From the IMG/VR virus record IMGVR_UViG_3300042691_023046, positions 19,729 through 83,728 of that record: a DNA stretch of 64,000 nt. One strand, written 5' to 3'. Numbering within the stretch: position 1 is the first letter of the stretch; each line of letters begins with the position of its first letter. Of this stretch, positions 25,293 to 36,121 are shown piece after piece. The DNA comes from a virus. A model generated the notes under the pieces. That model was not told the DNA's origin and did no database searches. It worked only from the letters and a program-made list of their open reading frames with translations. A program made the translations under genes and the position numbers.

Positions 25293-27430
25293 TGGAACAT
25301 GTATTATCCCAACCTAAAATAAAAGATTTAACAAAATTAATTGATTTTGGTTTTGATACTAAATTGTTTAGTCCTGTAGCAGAGTTATTTGAAAAAAATG
25401 GTAAATATCCAGATAAAAACCAAGTAGATTGGTGGAAAGAACAAAAAAAGATATTAAAAAAAGGATATACTGTTAATGGTTGGAAAATAACAGGAGAACA
25501 TTATGGTTATTTAAATTTTAATAAAATAAAACTTACCGAAGATAAAGATTTATTAGGTGGTAAAGTTAGTAAAAGAAGAAGTGTAATAGAAAAGAAAACT
25601 GTATTTCCTAAATTTTGGGATGGTGATTATGTCTTTTATTGGTGTAAAGAAATAGCCAAAAAAGGAATGGATGAAGATGAATATCTGAAACTAAAATTAC
25701 CAATTAAAATAAGAGTAGAAACAGATATAGATGGTACAAGATATGTAGGTGGAGGTAAAAACTTATGTGTTGGTAAAAAAAGAAGGTTTGGGGCAAGTTA
25801 TAAATTAGCTTATAATGCAGCACATAATTATGAAACTAAACCTACTTCAATGACTATATTAGCAGCTTATGATATGAAATATCTTACAAAAGATGGTATC
25901 ATGAGTAAAACAAAAAGAGCTATAGATTTTTTTGATGTTAATTGTGAACCATTTAGAAAGAGAAGATTAAAGAATGACACCGAAGATATTATGTCTGGTT
26001 ACAAACAGAATGTTGGTGGTGTTGAAACAGATGCAGGTTATAGAAGTAGAGTAGCAGCAATATCTTTTGGATTAAGTGCAGATGCAGTCAGAGGACAAGA
26101 TGTTACAGATATATTTGTAGAAGAAAGTGGTAAAGCACCTAATCTTATAGCTATGACAAATGCTACAATAGATTCATTGAGTGATGGAGCATCAAAAAGT
26201 GGAACTATTATATGGTTTGGTACAGGAGGAGGAAAAGATAATAACTGGGCAGGATTTAAAGAAATTTTTTATAATCCTACAAGTTATGGAGCATTAGAAA
26301 TAGAAAACGAATGGGATGAAAATGCTTTAGGTACTTATTGTGGTTTATTTATTCCTGATTATTGGAATGTAGTAGGTTACATGAGTGAATATGGAGAAAG
26401 TTATATTAATGAAGCAAGAAAAGTAGAAGAAGCACATCAAATAGAAGTATATTTAAATAAAAATGATGCTAGAGGTTTAACAGCTAGAAAGATGGAACAT
26501 CCATTTTGTCCTGCTGATGCTTTTAATGTTACAAGTAAAAATATATTTGATATACACGCTATAAGAACTTGGAAAAACTATTTAAAATATAGTGGTTTAA
26601 ATAAAGATTTAGCTACTGTAGGAAGATTAGAAAGAAAACAAGATGGTGAGTTAAAATTTGAAATAGATAATAAAATGTTACCTATTTATGAATATCCACC
26701 ACCAAAAGGAGTAACAAAAGGAGCAGTTGTTGTATGGGATTTTCCTAAAAAGTTTAATGGTTTAATACCTGCAAACTTATATATAATAGATGTGGATGGT
26801 TATAGACATGACCAAACATCAGGAGATTCAGTAGGAGCAATATATGTTAGTATGAATACTAATAATTTAATTTCTAAAAATTTAGGAGATAGATTAGTAG
26901 CAAGTTATGTAGCAAGACCACAAAGTCAAGATGATTTTAATAAAGTGTTGTATGATTTAGCAGAATTTTATAATGCTAAAATAGCTTTTGAAAATGATGA
27001 ACCAGCAGGGATAGTAGATTACGGTAAAAGATTTAAAAAATTAGATAGAGTAGAAAGTCAATTTGAATTAGCTTATGATGAAAAACTAAAAACAGGTAAC
27101 ACAATGAAACGTGGTTTTGGTATGCACATGGGTAGTGGTAAAAATAATGAAAGAATATTAACAGGTGATGGTTATATAAAAGATTGGTTAGAAACAACTA
27201 GATATACAGATGAAGATGGTAAAGAAACATTAAATCTTCACACTATATATGATATAGGTTTACTAGAAGAACTTGAAAGATATAATCCAGAAACAGGAAA
27301 TTTTGATAGAGTAGCAGCATTTAGAATAAGAATGTATCATACTAAAGAAATGATATATAAAAATAGACAAGCACAAGTAAAAGCAAAAAGTAATAAGGTG
27401 AGTTTTTTTCACCATAATCATTTTCAATAA
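25292..27430 (+). CDS. terL: Terminase large subunit
   Basis: KKRRFGASY (Walker A), IFVEESGK (Walker B), FGTGG coupling motif, IIDVDGY...DSVGA nuclease, NFDRVAA. Confidence 0.93.
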   Translation: MEHVLSQPKIKDLTKLIDFGFDTKLFSPVAELFEKNGKYPDKNQVDWWKEQKKILKKGYTVNGWKITGEHYGYLNFNKIKLTEDKDLLGGKVSKRRSVIEKKTVFPKFWDGDYVFYWCKEIAKKGMDEDEYLKLKLPIKIRVETDIDGTRYVGGGKNLCVGKKRRFGASYKLAYNAAHNYETKPTSMTILAAYDMKYLTKDGIMSKTKRAIDFFDVNCEPFRKRRLKNDTEDIMSGYKQNVGGVETDAGYRSRVAAISFGLSADAVRGQDVTDIFVEESGKAPNLIAMTNATIDSLSDGASKSGTIIWFGTGGGKDNNWAGFKEIFYNPTSYGALEIENEWDENALGTYCGLFIPDYWNVVGYMSEYGESYINEARKVEEAHQIEVYLNKNDARGLTARKMEHPFCPADAFNVTSKNIFDIHAIRTWKNYLKYSGLNKDLATVGRLERKQDGELKFEIDNKMLPIYEYPPPKGVTKGAVVVWDFPKKFNGLIPANLYIIDVDGYRHDQTSGDSVGAIYVSMNTNNLISKNLGDRLVASYVARPQSQDDFNKVLYDLAEFYNAKIAFENDEPAGIVDYGKRFKKLDRVESQFELAYDEKLKTGNTMKRGFGMHMGSGKNNERILTGDGYIKDWLETTRYTDEDGKETLNLHTIYDIGLLEELERYNPETGNFDRVAAFRIRMYHTKEMIYKNRQAQVKAKSNKVSFFHHNHFQ

Positions 27431-27441
27431 AAGATATATAA

Positions 27442-29811
27442 ATGGATGAAGTTTTAATAAGACCCAAACAAAAAGTTTTACAAGGAGTAAAAAATACAAA
27501 AGATTGGAAACATAACAATATTAGATATTGGGGAAGTAAATGTAATGCCACATTCTTTAATTTTAAAGATATGCTTGTTTTATTTAAAACAGCAGCAGGA
27601 ATATTAGATGAATCTGATTATACTTATATTACTAATCCTTTAAATACTACTGACCCTAAGTTAAAAGGTTATCCTGCAAAAATGAGAAATTTAGATATTG
27701 TTTCTCCTAACATTATGATGTTAATGGGGGAATTAATAGATAGATTTTTTAATCCTGTAGTAGTTATATTAAATAGTGATGTTAAAAATCAAAAACTTGA
27801 AAAAGATTATGAAATTATAAAAAACTATTTAAAACAAGAATTTATTAACGGTTTAGTTTCAGATGGTTTATTACCACAAGAACAAGCAGTAGAACAATCA
27901 CAACAAAAATTAGAAAAAGAATTAAGTAAAGATTATAAAAATGAATTAGCTATTATAGGGCAAAATGCTTTAGAATATATAATGTCGTTTAATGAAGTAC
28001 TTAGAATAAGAAGAAAAACATTTTATGATTTTATAGTATGTAGTAGGTTTTTTACATATAGAGATATATGTAATGAAGATTTAGATTATGAGTACGTTTC
28101 ACCTTTTGAATTATCTTATTTAGCATCACCTAATGTTGATTTTGTAGAAGATGCACAAGCTGTAAGAAAAAGGGTAAAAATGACAATTAATCAAATTATT
28201 GATAAATTTAGAGAGCATCCTGATTTTACAAAAGAGATTATAGATGATTTAGAATTAAATATTAGTTCAATAGGAGGAGCAGGTTTTAGTTTAAATGCAC
28301 CAGATTTAACACAACAATTTAATAGTGTATTTTTAACTAATAATTTACATTCTAGTACAGATGGTACAGGAGTAGAACATATTCAATGGACTAGTATGAA
28401 ACTAATGAAAAAAGTAGAAGGTACTAATATTGATGGTTCAAAATACATTGAAGAATATGATGAATCTTACATTCCTTTAGAAGGAGAAAAAGTAACTGAT
28501 ATATGGGTAAATTCTAAACATGAAGGTTATATTATAAATGATAAATGGGTATTAGGTGGAGAAGCTTTAGAATATCAAAGAGGTAATATTAATAATCCTA
28601 GTAAATGTAAAAATTCATATAATGGTAGAATTTTTGGTAATAATTATGTAATTCCACAATCTATTGTACAAAAAGGTTTAATTTATCAAATTAAATATAA
28701 TACTGTGCATTATTTAATGGAAAAAACATTAGCTAAAAATAAAGATAAGATAACAATCTTTCCTATGGGTTTAGTTCCAGAAAAAGAAGGTTTTGATATG
28801 TTTACTACAATGTATTATGCTGATGCACATGGATTTTTATTTATAGATGAAACTTCTGAAAAAGCTATAGCAGCTTTACAATATATGAAGGTATTAGATA
28901 TGTCTTTAGGTAATTACATACAACAGTCATATCAAATACTACAGCAAATTAAACAAGATTGGGATGATAGTGTAGGAGTTAATAGACAAAGAAAAGGAGC
29001 TATGTTAGCTTCTGATGGTAAAGGAGTATCTGAACAAGCAGAGTATAGAAGTGCTGTAATGAGTGAAGAATTTTTTATGCAGCATGAAGAAGCCATTATT
29101 AAAGATATACAATGTTTAGTTGATTTAAGTAAAGTAGCTTGGCAACATGGTAAAAAAGCATCTTTTTTAAATAGTAATAGTAAAGAAGTAATGTTAGAAA
29201 TAGACCCTACAGTATATAGTGGTTTAGATTTAGGAGTATTTGTTAAAAATAGTAAAAAAGAACAACAAAAAATACAAGCTTTTCAAAGTCAAGTTGGTAC
29301 AATTGCTCAACAAACACAAAATTTTAGTATGTTAGGTAAAATATTAGATAGTACTAATATGGCTGAACTTATTAAAGATATGGAAGAACTTGAAAATAAA
29401 TTAAATGAACAACAACAAGCGCAACAAGAAACAGAAAATAAACTTGAAGCAGCTAGATTAGAAAGTGAAGAAAAAGATAGACAATTAAAAGTTTATGAAA
29501 TTGATGAAAATAATGAACGTGCAAGAGATACAGCTTTAATATCTGCTCAAGCATCTTTATTAGGTAGTCAAGAAGGTGTAGAAGGAGTAGATGATGCTAT
29601 GTTATTAGAAGATATGAATCATAAAAGATTAGAATTAGCTTCTAAAATAGGGATTGAAAGAGAAAAAATATTAGAATCTAAAAATAAAAGAATAGATGAT
29701 AATAAAAATAAAGCAGAAGATAGAAAAATTGATATAAAAAATATGGCTAATGACTTAGCTATTGCAAAACAAAACAAAATCGGCAGAAACAAACCAACAA
29801 GTAAAAAATAA
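27442..29811 (+). CDS. Portal protein
   Basis: 789 aa immediately after TerL; VLDMSL, GVNRQRKG, C-terminal coiled coil as in crAss portals. Confidence 0.88.
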   Translation: MDEVLIRPKQKVLQGVKNTKDWKHNNIRYWGSKCNATFFNFKDMLVLFKTAAGILDESDYTYITNPLNTTDPKLKGYPAKMRNLDIVSPNIMMLMGELIDRFFNPVVVILNSDVKNQKLEKDYEIIKNYLKQEFINGLVSDGLLPQEQAVEQSQQKLEKELSKDYKNELAIIGQNALEYIMSFNEVLRIRRKTFYDFIVCSRFFTYRDICNEDLDYEYVSPFELSYLASPNVDFVEDAQAVRKRVKMTINQIIDKFREHPDFTKEIIDDLELNISSIGGAGFSLNAPDLTQQFNSVFLTNNLHSSTDGTGVEHIQWTSMKLMKKVEGTNIDGSKYIEEYDESYIPLEGEKVTDIWVNSKHEGYIINDKWVLGGEALEYQRGNINNPSKCKNSYNGRIFGNNYVIPQSIVQKGLIYQIKYNTVHYLMEKTLAKNKDKITIFPMGLVPEKEGFDMFTTMYYADAHGFLFIDETSEKAIAALQYMKVLDMSLGNYIQQSYQILQQIKQDWDDSVGVNRQRKGAMLASDGKGVSEQAEYRSAVMSEEFFMQHEEAIIKDIQCLVDLSKVAWQHGKKASFLNSNSKEVMLEIDPTVYSGLDLGVFVKNSKKEQQKIQAFQSQVGTIAQQTQNFSMLGKILDSTNMAELIKDMEELENKLNEQQQAQQETENKLEAARLESEEKDRQLKVYEIDENNERARDTALISAQASLLGSQEGVEGVDDAMLLEDMNHKRLELASKIGIEREKILESKNKRIDDNKNKAEDRKIDIKNMANDLAIAKQNKIGRNKPTSKK

Positions 29812-29849
29812 AAATAAAAGTGTTATATCAAGTAAGGGATATTTTACAC

Positions 29850-29880
29850 TTGCACAGAAATATTAACTAAATTAAATTTG
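29850..29880 (+). promoter_or_regulatory. Bacteroidota sigma70-type promoter for capsid operon
   Basis: TTG-N20-TAAATTTG. Confidence 0.65.
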
Positions 29881-29894
29881 TAACAGAAATCAAA

Positions 29895-30983
29895 ATGGAA
29901 ACAGACAACAATCAACAATTCCAAGTAGCAGCTTCTCAATTAAAAGGTGTACAATTAGATAAACCAGTAGAAGTACCAATTATTACACCAGAACCAGTAT
30001 TAGGTGAAGATGGAAAACCAATAGCAGTAATACCAGAAGTAATAGAACCAGATTTACCTGATTTTATTAAAACTTTAATAGGTAAACAACCAGAAACAGT
30101 AGCAAATAATAATGATGGAAAAACAAAAGGTGATGAACCCCATCCAAATTTTTCAGCTATTGAAAATCTTTTAAATGATTGGGGAATTAAACCCGATGAA
30201 ATAGAAGGAGTAGATATTAAATCAAATGATTTAGATGATATAAAAAAAGTATTTTCTAAACGTGAAGAACTAATAAGAAAAGAAGCAGTTACAACATTAA
30301 GACCAGAAGTACAAGCTTTACATGACCATTTAGAAAGTGGAAAAGGTTTGGATTCTTGGAATAAAAAACAAGAAAGTATTAATTGGGAAAATGTTAAACA
30401 AAATTTAAAACAAGATGATATTGCTACTTTAGAACAAATAGTAAGAAATGGTTTAGTAAGTTCTGGTTTAAAAGATACAGTTATTAAATCTGCAATTGAA
30501 AGTTTAAAAGATGAAGATGCTTTATATACCACAGCACTTGATTTTGTTAATAAATTTGATGCAGCAGATAAAGCAGCTATAAAAGAAATAGAAGATGCGG
30601 AAATTGCTATGAATTTAGCTAATAAATCTGATATTGAAAAAGTTGTTAATACTGTAAGTGATATAGTTAAATCAGGTACTTTTAAATTATCAGATAATCA
30701 TAGTTTTAATATACCAGAAGTAGAAAGAAAAGAATTTTTAGAAACAGTTCTTGACCCTAGTAAAAAAACAGCTTTATATGAAAGTTTAGATTATAATCAA
30801 TCTTTAGCAGTAGATTATATAGTGAGTAAAATTAAAGCAGGTAAAATAGCAGATATAAAATTTGGCACAGTAGTTAAACCAACTATTGTTGTAAAAGGAA
30901 GTAATCCTGTTAAAGTTAATGGTAATGAAGTAGAAGGAGGAGAGTTGTCATTAGAAAAAATGAGAGAACGAATGAGAAACTAA
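29895..30983 (+). CDS. Acidic helical protein between portal and MCP (putative scaffold)
   Basis: Synteny and D/E-rich composition. Confidence 0.6.
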   Translation: METDNNQQFQVAASQLKGVQLDKPVEVPIITPEPVLGEDGKPIAVIPEVIEPDLPDFIKTLIGKQPETVANNNDGKTKGDEPHPNFSAIENLLNDWGIKPDEIEGVDIKSNDLDDIKKVFSKREELIRKEAVTTLRPEVQALHDHLESGKGLDSWNKKQESINWENVKQNLKQDDIATLEQIVRNGLVSSGLKDTVIKSAIESLKDEDALYTTALDFVNKFDAADKAAIKEIEDAEIAMNLANKSDIEKVVNTVSDIVKSGTFKLSDNHSFNIPEVERKEFLETVLDPSKKTALYESLDYNQSLAVDYIVSKIKAGKIADIKFGTVVKPTIVVKGSNPVKVNGNEVEGGELSLEKMRERMRN

Positions 30984-31013
30984 TAAATATAAAAATTTTA
31001 ATAATAAAATAAA

Positions 31014-32516
31014 ATGAACGGAAAAATAGCAAATGAACTAGTCTTAACACAAGACACTTATAAAGATAGTGCTTATTCAAGCATTACTGAATTAAGTAAA
31101 GCTTTACAGACTGATGCAGAATGGTTATCACCTATAGTAACTTTTTTATCTTATACAGATACTAAATACTATATGAAGAAAAACTACCCTTTTTTATACC
31201 AAACAGAAGGTAATAAAAATGTAGAAAGTTTAACTAAATTAGGTAATGCTAATTTTGAATACAAATATCCTATTATAGGTAGATTAAAAACTACTAACCA
31301 AGTAGCAGTTACTTCTTTTTCATCTACAGACCAAGTAGGTAAAAATGGTATGCCTTTCCAAATGATATTTGCAGATAGACAGTTTTCAATAGGACAAACA
31401 GTTTATCCTTATGGTGTAAGTTCTAAATTACAATGTAGAGTATTAGTAGCACCAGAAAAAGTAAGTAATGGATATAAATATACATTTAAAATATTTAATT
31501 CAAGTCCTACTTTGTTTTTACCTTTTCAAAGTTTAATAGCAGGAGCAGTTTGGAGTGCAGGTTTAAGAAAAGTTGCATTTGAAGGTTCAAAAGGAGGAGA
31601 ATCACGTTCTCAATTACCTAGTACAGCAACTAATATGGTAACTTTAACTCGTAATACTTACAAGTTTAAAGGTAACGTAGATAAAAAAGTAATGAAATTT
31701 TCTATTCCTATAGATGGACAGAAATTTACTACTTATATGGATTGGGAATTGTTTTTAAGTAAAATTTATTTTAAAGAAGAACAAGAAGAAGATTTATTAT
31801 GGTCGCAATATGGTAAAACTGCTAGTGGAGATTTCTCTAACTATGATGATGATGCTCCTATTACATCAGGAGCAGGTATTGAGCAGCAAATTCCTAGTAG
31901 TAATTCAGATACTTATAGTTTTTTAACTTTAAATAAGTGGAAAAATATTGTACGTGAGGTAACTTATGGTATTAATGATGATATTACAGATTTACATGTT
32001 TACACAGGTAGAGGTGGTATGGAAGAATTTGATAATGCAGTTAAATCTGGATTTGTTAATTTCTTATCTAGTTCTAATGTATTAGCTAATAGTGATAAAT
32101 TTATACAAGGTGCAAATTCTTGGGATATGACATTTGGTTCATATTTTAATAAATATCGTGTAGTTGATGGACAAGTAATAACAGTACATTATCACCCATT
32201 ATTAGATTTTGGTCGTAGAGCAAAAGCAGCAGTTAAGCATCCTGTTACTGGTTTTCCAATGACATCACATAATTTCTACTTTATAGACCAATCACAAGTT
32301 GATGGTAAACCAAACTTACAATATGTAAGTGAAGATGGTAGAGAAAAAATGAAGATTGTACAAGGTATGACAGGTATGCCAGTAGGATTTACAGATAGTG
32401 TAAATGTTTCAACAGATAAAGATGAAACATCTATAGAATGGATGAAATCACATGGTATTTTAATTCGCAGACCTTCTAGTTGTTTCAAATTAGAATGTAC
32501 ATTAAGCGGATTTTAG
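31014..32516 (+). CDS. Major capsid protein
   Basis: 500 aa; GAGIEQQI, YTGRGGMEEFDNA, HPVTGFPMTS motifs; synteny. Confidence 0.9.
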   Translation: MNGKIANELVLTQDTYKDSAYSSITELSKALQTDAEWLSPIVTFLSYTDTKYYMKKNYPFLYQTEGNKNVESLTKLGNANFEYKYPIIGRLKTTNQVAVTSFSSTDQVGKNGMPFQMIFADRQFSIGQTVYPYGVSSKLQCRVLVAPEKVSNGYKYTFKIFNSSPTLFLPFQSLIAGAVWSAGLRKVAFEGSKGGESRSQLPSTATNMVTLTRNTYKFKGNVDKKVMKFSIPIDGQKFTTYMDWELFLSKIYFKEEQEEDLLWSQYGKTASGDFSNYDDDAPITSGAGIEQQIPSSNSDTYSFLTLNKWKNIVREVTYGINDDITDLHVYTGRGGMEEFDNAVKSGFVNFLSSSNVLANSDKFIQGANSWDMTFGSYFNKYRVVDGQVITVHYHPLLDFGRRAKAAVKHPVTGFPMTSHNFYFIDQSQVDGKPNLQYVSEDGREKMKIVQGMTGMPVGFTDSVNVSTDKDETSIEWMKSHGILIRRPSSCFKLECTLSGF

Positions 32517-32579
32517 TTTATAGTATTAAAGATAGAAATATCTGGTAATATATGGAGGTTCGATACCTCCATAAACTAC
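32514..32579 (+). ncRNA. tRNA-like element C (acceptor plus T-arm, GAAA-capped arm, no anticodon)
   Basis: TAGTTTAT/ATAAACTA closing stem, GGAGG-TTCGATA-CCTCC T-arm, TATTA.AGATA-GAAA-TATCT..TAATA arm; begins at MCP stop codon. Confidence 0.6.
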
Positions 32580-32686
32580 ATTATTACATGTATGAGAAAA
32601 AAAAGATTTAAAGCAAGAGAGTAGTTATATTTTCTCCTTCATACAAGGTAACAAAAACATTATACAAATAATAAAACAACCAAACA

Positions 32687-33781
32687 ATGACACAAACAAC
32701 AACACCAGAAGAAAAACCAAGTTTATTAAAAAATAAAGCAGAAGTAAAACCAGAAATTTTAGTAGATGCTTTAGAAAATTTTACACCTGTAGCAGAATTA
32801 GGTATTAAACCAAAAGTAGATATACCATCAGAAGCAATTCCAGTAATAACTACAACAGATAAAGAAAAAAGAGTTATTAGAAAAGTAATCTTAAAAGTAA
32901 ATAGAATGGAAAATGAACATTCTGTTATGCCTAAAGATTTAAGAGAATATAGACAAAGAATTAGTTCTGAAATTAAAATGTTAGGAGGAATACCTACAAC
33001 AGATTGTATTAAAGGTTTAACAAAAGACCAAGAAGAATACTTATTACCACAAACTTTAGGTATGCGCCCACATGAAAATGGTTGGCAAGCTAGAGTAAGA
33101 GATTTTTGGTTAGATAGAAGTTTTATTATAGAAGGTGAAAAAACTTTAAATGCTAGTGCAACTATTAGAACAATTACTAATTCATTAGGTCAATCAGTAG
33201 AAATAGAAGTTCCTGATAATTTAGATGAATATATTAATTGGGGTATGGCTATGGAAAGTTCAAAAGTAGCTAAAACAAAAATGGAAAAAGATAACAGTTC
33301 GTTATATGCTGTTATAATGGATGATACAGCAGAAATCGAAAGAAAACAAATAGAAGATTTAAGTATATTAGATGCAGCAGATTTAGCTTATGTAAATTTA
33401 ATAAGAGATAGTTCAACCGAAGCTACATCTAATAAAATAGATTGGATTTTAGCTAAAATTAAACAACCTAGTGAAAATTATTATTCAGCTTCACCAGAAA
33501 TTAAAAAATTAAGAATTAGACGATTTAAAGATGAAAATCCTACTTCTTTTATAGAAGAATTAAAAAATCCAAATTTAGAAGCAGAAGCTTTAATTAACAC
33601 AGGATTAAATGAAGGAGTTATTTCATTAGATGGAACAACTTATTTCTTTGGATTAGAAAATTTAGGTACTTACGCAGAAGCAGTACATTATGTAGGAAAT
33701 GCTAATACACCAGAAAAAACAATGATATTGCAAAAATTAAAAAGCACTTTAAAAGTAGCTACTGGAAAAAAAATTAAATAA
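32687..33781 (+). CDS. Conserved crAss-like protein downstream of MCP
   Basis: KGLTKDQEEYLLP..LG...W...FW; synteny. Confidence 0.65.
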   Translation: MTQTTTPEEKPSLLKNKAEVKPEILVDALENFTPVAELGIKPKVDIPSEAIPVITTTDKEKRVIRKVILKVNRMENEHSVMPKDLREYRQRISSEIKMLGGIPTTDCIKGLTKDQEEYLLPQTLGMRPHENGWQARVRDFWLDRSFIIEGEKTLNASATIRTITNSLGQSVEIEVPDNLDEYINWGMAMESSKVAKTKMEKDNSSLYAVIMDDTAEIERKQIEDLSILDAADLAYVNLIRDSSTEATSNKIDWILAKIKQPSENYYSASPEIKKLRIRRFKDENPTSFIEELKNPNLEAEALINTGLNEGVISLDGTTYFFGLENLGTYAEAVHYVGNANTPEKTMILQKLKSTLKVATGKKIK

Positions 33782-33805
33782 AAATTTTAAATAAAATAAA
33801 TAAAA

Positions 33806-35425
33806 ATGAATAAATTACTAATTTTAAGTGGTACAACAAACCAAACTTATGGTAGAAGTGCAGCTTCTACTACTAAAAATACAGGTTTAACAACTGATAT
33901 ATTAAATGCAGGTTGTGTTGGTATATATGGTTTAGTAGGTACTGATGCTACTACAGCAGCTAATAACGGTAAAAACTGTTTAGTAGGTGATGTAGCAGGT
34001 ACAGGAGTTATTACTGGTGCTGCATTTTTAGCAGGAGGTGGAGATTTTGTACAAGTAGTACAAGGTGTTAATCCATTAACAGGTACACCTATATCAACAC
34101 ATATTATAAACCCTCGTAGAGTAACTAGAATTACTAAACAAGTTTATACTAGCCCTATTAATGAAGTTTCATTTTTAGGTTGGAATGGAACAAGTGGTAG
34201 TTTAAATTTACCTACTATTACACAAGGTTCACAAGGTACTTTGTTATCAGTAGGAGTAGAACAAAATGCAAATTTGCAAATCAGAAATCAAGAAGATTAT
34301 GATACAGGAGTTTTATTAACAACTGATACAGGATACACTATATCTTCAAAACTTGTAGTACAAATGAATAGTGCTAATGGTTATTTAACTCAAAGAGGTT
34401 TTGTAACTGGTAATGGTACTCAAGCAGATTTTACAGGTACAGCTACAGCTATTCTTTATACTAAAGATTCTACTACAGCTTCTTTTGTAATTCAAGATGC
34501 TACAAATGGTTGGGTAGCTAGTACAGGTACAGTAGCAGCAGGTGATACAATAGGTATTGCTCATGCTAATATGAAATCAGTAACTTTTACAGCTACACTA
34601 TTAGGTACAGGAGCAGGTAGAACAATCGTAACAATTGGTTCAACAATATATAATATAGCAGATGCAGGTACAGCAGCTCAAAATGCTACAGCTATTGCAG
34701 CAGCTATTAATGCAGGTTCTCAAGCAACAGCCACAGTATCTACAGCAGATGTAACTATAGTATTAAATCCTAGTTCATTAGGTGCTAAAATATTAGTACA
34801 ATTAACTGCTGATGATGCAGCTTGGACTACACCTACTTTAACAGTAAATTCAACTACTGGTGATACAACAAATGTTTTACATAGAGCATTAGCAACAGTT
34901 TCAGCAGCAGCTACTTTTGAATTAGATAGACCATATAGAGGTGAAACAGGTTATTTCTTAGGATTAACTTCTACATCTTTAGGTACAGGTATTGTAACAG
35001 GTACAACTGAATGGGGTGTTAAAATGTTAATTTTAACAGCAGGAGATAAATATGAATATGCTAAACAAGGTGTTTTACAATATGCTACTTTAACTCAAAG
35101 AGAAATAACAGGAGCAGTAAATCCTTCTTATGGTTTTGGTACTGGTCAATCTGTAGCAGATATGGAAAAATTAACTGTAGTTTATCGTGGTCAAATTGAC
35201 ACAATAGATTTAAGAATGAAACAGTTACCTAGATATGCTAATTTAGCAACTAATTATGATTTTTATACTATTCAATACAGCACATTAAATGATAGAGATG
35301 CTTTAGAACAAAGTGTTGTAAATTTAGTAGATGTAGGTTTAGCAGTTCCAGTAGGACATGCAGGACAAGCAGTATTAGAAACAGTAATGAAAGCTTTATT
35401 TAGTTCTGCTGTAGTTAATTTCTAG
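33806..35425 (+). CDS. Virion structural protein (auxiliary capsid / decoration-like)
   Basis: 539 aa G/T/A-rich beta protein in head module. Confidence 0.55.
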   Translation: MNKLLILSGTTNQTYGRSAASTTKNTGLTTDILNAGCVGIYGLVGTDATTAANNGKNCLVGDVAGTGVITGAAFLAGGGDFVQVVQGVNPLTGTPISTHIINPRRVTRITKQVYTSPINEVSFLGWNGTSGSLNLPTITQGSQGTLLSVGVEQNANLQIRNQEDYDTGVLLTTDTGYTISSKLVVQMNSANGYLTQRGFVTGNGTQADFTGTATAILYTKDSTTASFVIQDATNGWVASTGTVAAGDTIGIAHANMKSVTFTATLLGTGAGRTIVTIGSTIYNIADAGTAAQNATAIAAAINAGSQATATVSTADVTIVLNPSSLGAKILVQLTADDAAWTTPTLTVNSTTGDTTNVLHRALATVSAAATFELDRPYRGETGYFLGLTSTSLGTGIVTGTTEWGVKMLILTAGDKYEYAKQGVLQYATLTQREITGAVNPSYGFGTGQSVADMEKLTVVYRGQIDTIDLRMKQLPRYANLATNYDFYTIQYSTLNDRDALEQSVVNLVDVGLAVPVGHAGQAVLETVMKALFSSAVVNF

Positions 35426-35434
35426 TAAATTAAT

Positions 35435-36121
35435 ATGACAGTCAAAGAAGCATATATATATATTCAACAAGGGCTGCAAAATATTGCAGCCTTTGTTTAT
35501 TCTGATGTGTTATTACCAGAATTAGATGTGTTTTGGAATGAAGGTACAAACAAATTAATAGAATTAGCTTTTCCTGATGAAAGTAACGATAATCAAAATA
35601 AAAAATATCAATCAGTACAAGCTAGTTTAGATGATTTAAGAGTATTAGAAATTTTAAATCATAGTCCTACTATAACATCAGAAGCATTAGGTAGTTATAC
35701 TACTAGTTATATAACATTACCTAGTAATTATAGACATTTGTTAAATGATACTACTACAGTTAAAAAAATAGGTTGTGAAACTTATGTACAAGCACCTAAC
35801 AGATTAACTAAAAGTGAAGATATATATAATTTATTAGAAACATCAGTTTTTAAAACAAGTGTTAAAAGTCCTATTTCAAGATTAACAGGAAATAGATTAT
35901 ATGTTTATCAAACATATAAAGGAATAAAACAATTTGATATAGGTGCTATACTTATAGATTATATTAAAAAACCTGATGTTGTTGCTTATGGTAGTACTGG
36001 TAATACAGTATTACAATTTCCAGACCAAGTTTGTTTTAAAATAATAGATATAGTATTAATTTATATAGCTATTGTAGCAGAACAAAACCCAAATAAAATT
36101 CAATTTTTAAGTAAAGTATAA
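35435..36121 (+). CDS. Ring / tail tubular protein
   Basis: ELDVFWNEG, SLDDLRVL, LPSNYRHL, DYIKKP, QFPDQVCFKIID (P22 gp4-like adaptor pattern). Confidence 0.7.
   Translation: MTVKEAYIYIQQGLQNIAAFVYSDVLLPELDVFWNEGTNKLIELAFPDESNDNQNKKYQSVQASLDDLRVLEILNHSPTITSEALGSYTTSYITLPSNYRHLLNDTTTVKKIGCETYVQAPNRLTKSEDIYNLLETSVFKTSVKSPISRLTGNRLYVYQTYKGIKQFDIGAILIDYIKKPDVVAYGSTGNTVLQFPDQVCFKIIDIVLIYIAIVAEQNPNKIQFLSKV

Noticed and set aside
29936-30532. 198-aa antisense ORF, and similar antisense ORFs (158-340, 3956-4180, 15233-15499, 32276-32488, 44259-44534, 52299-52607, 54114-54482 etc.)
   Set aside because: Lie opposite well-supported genes, with Ser/Phe/Leu-rich shadow composition
25292-32516. Group I introns or inteins in TerL, portal or MCP (common in crAss phages)
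   Set aside because: Continuous ORFs of ordinary length; no intein C/HN or homing-endonuclease motifs seen
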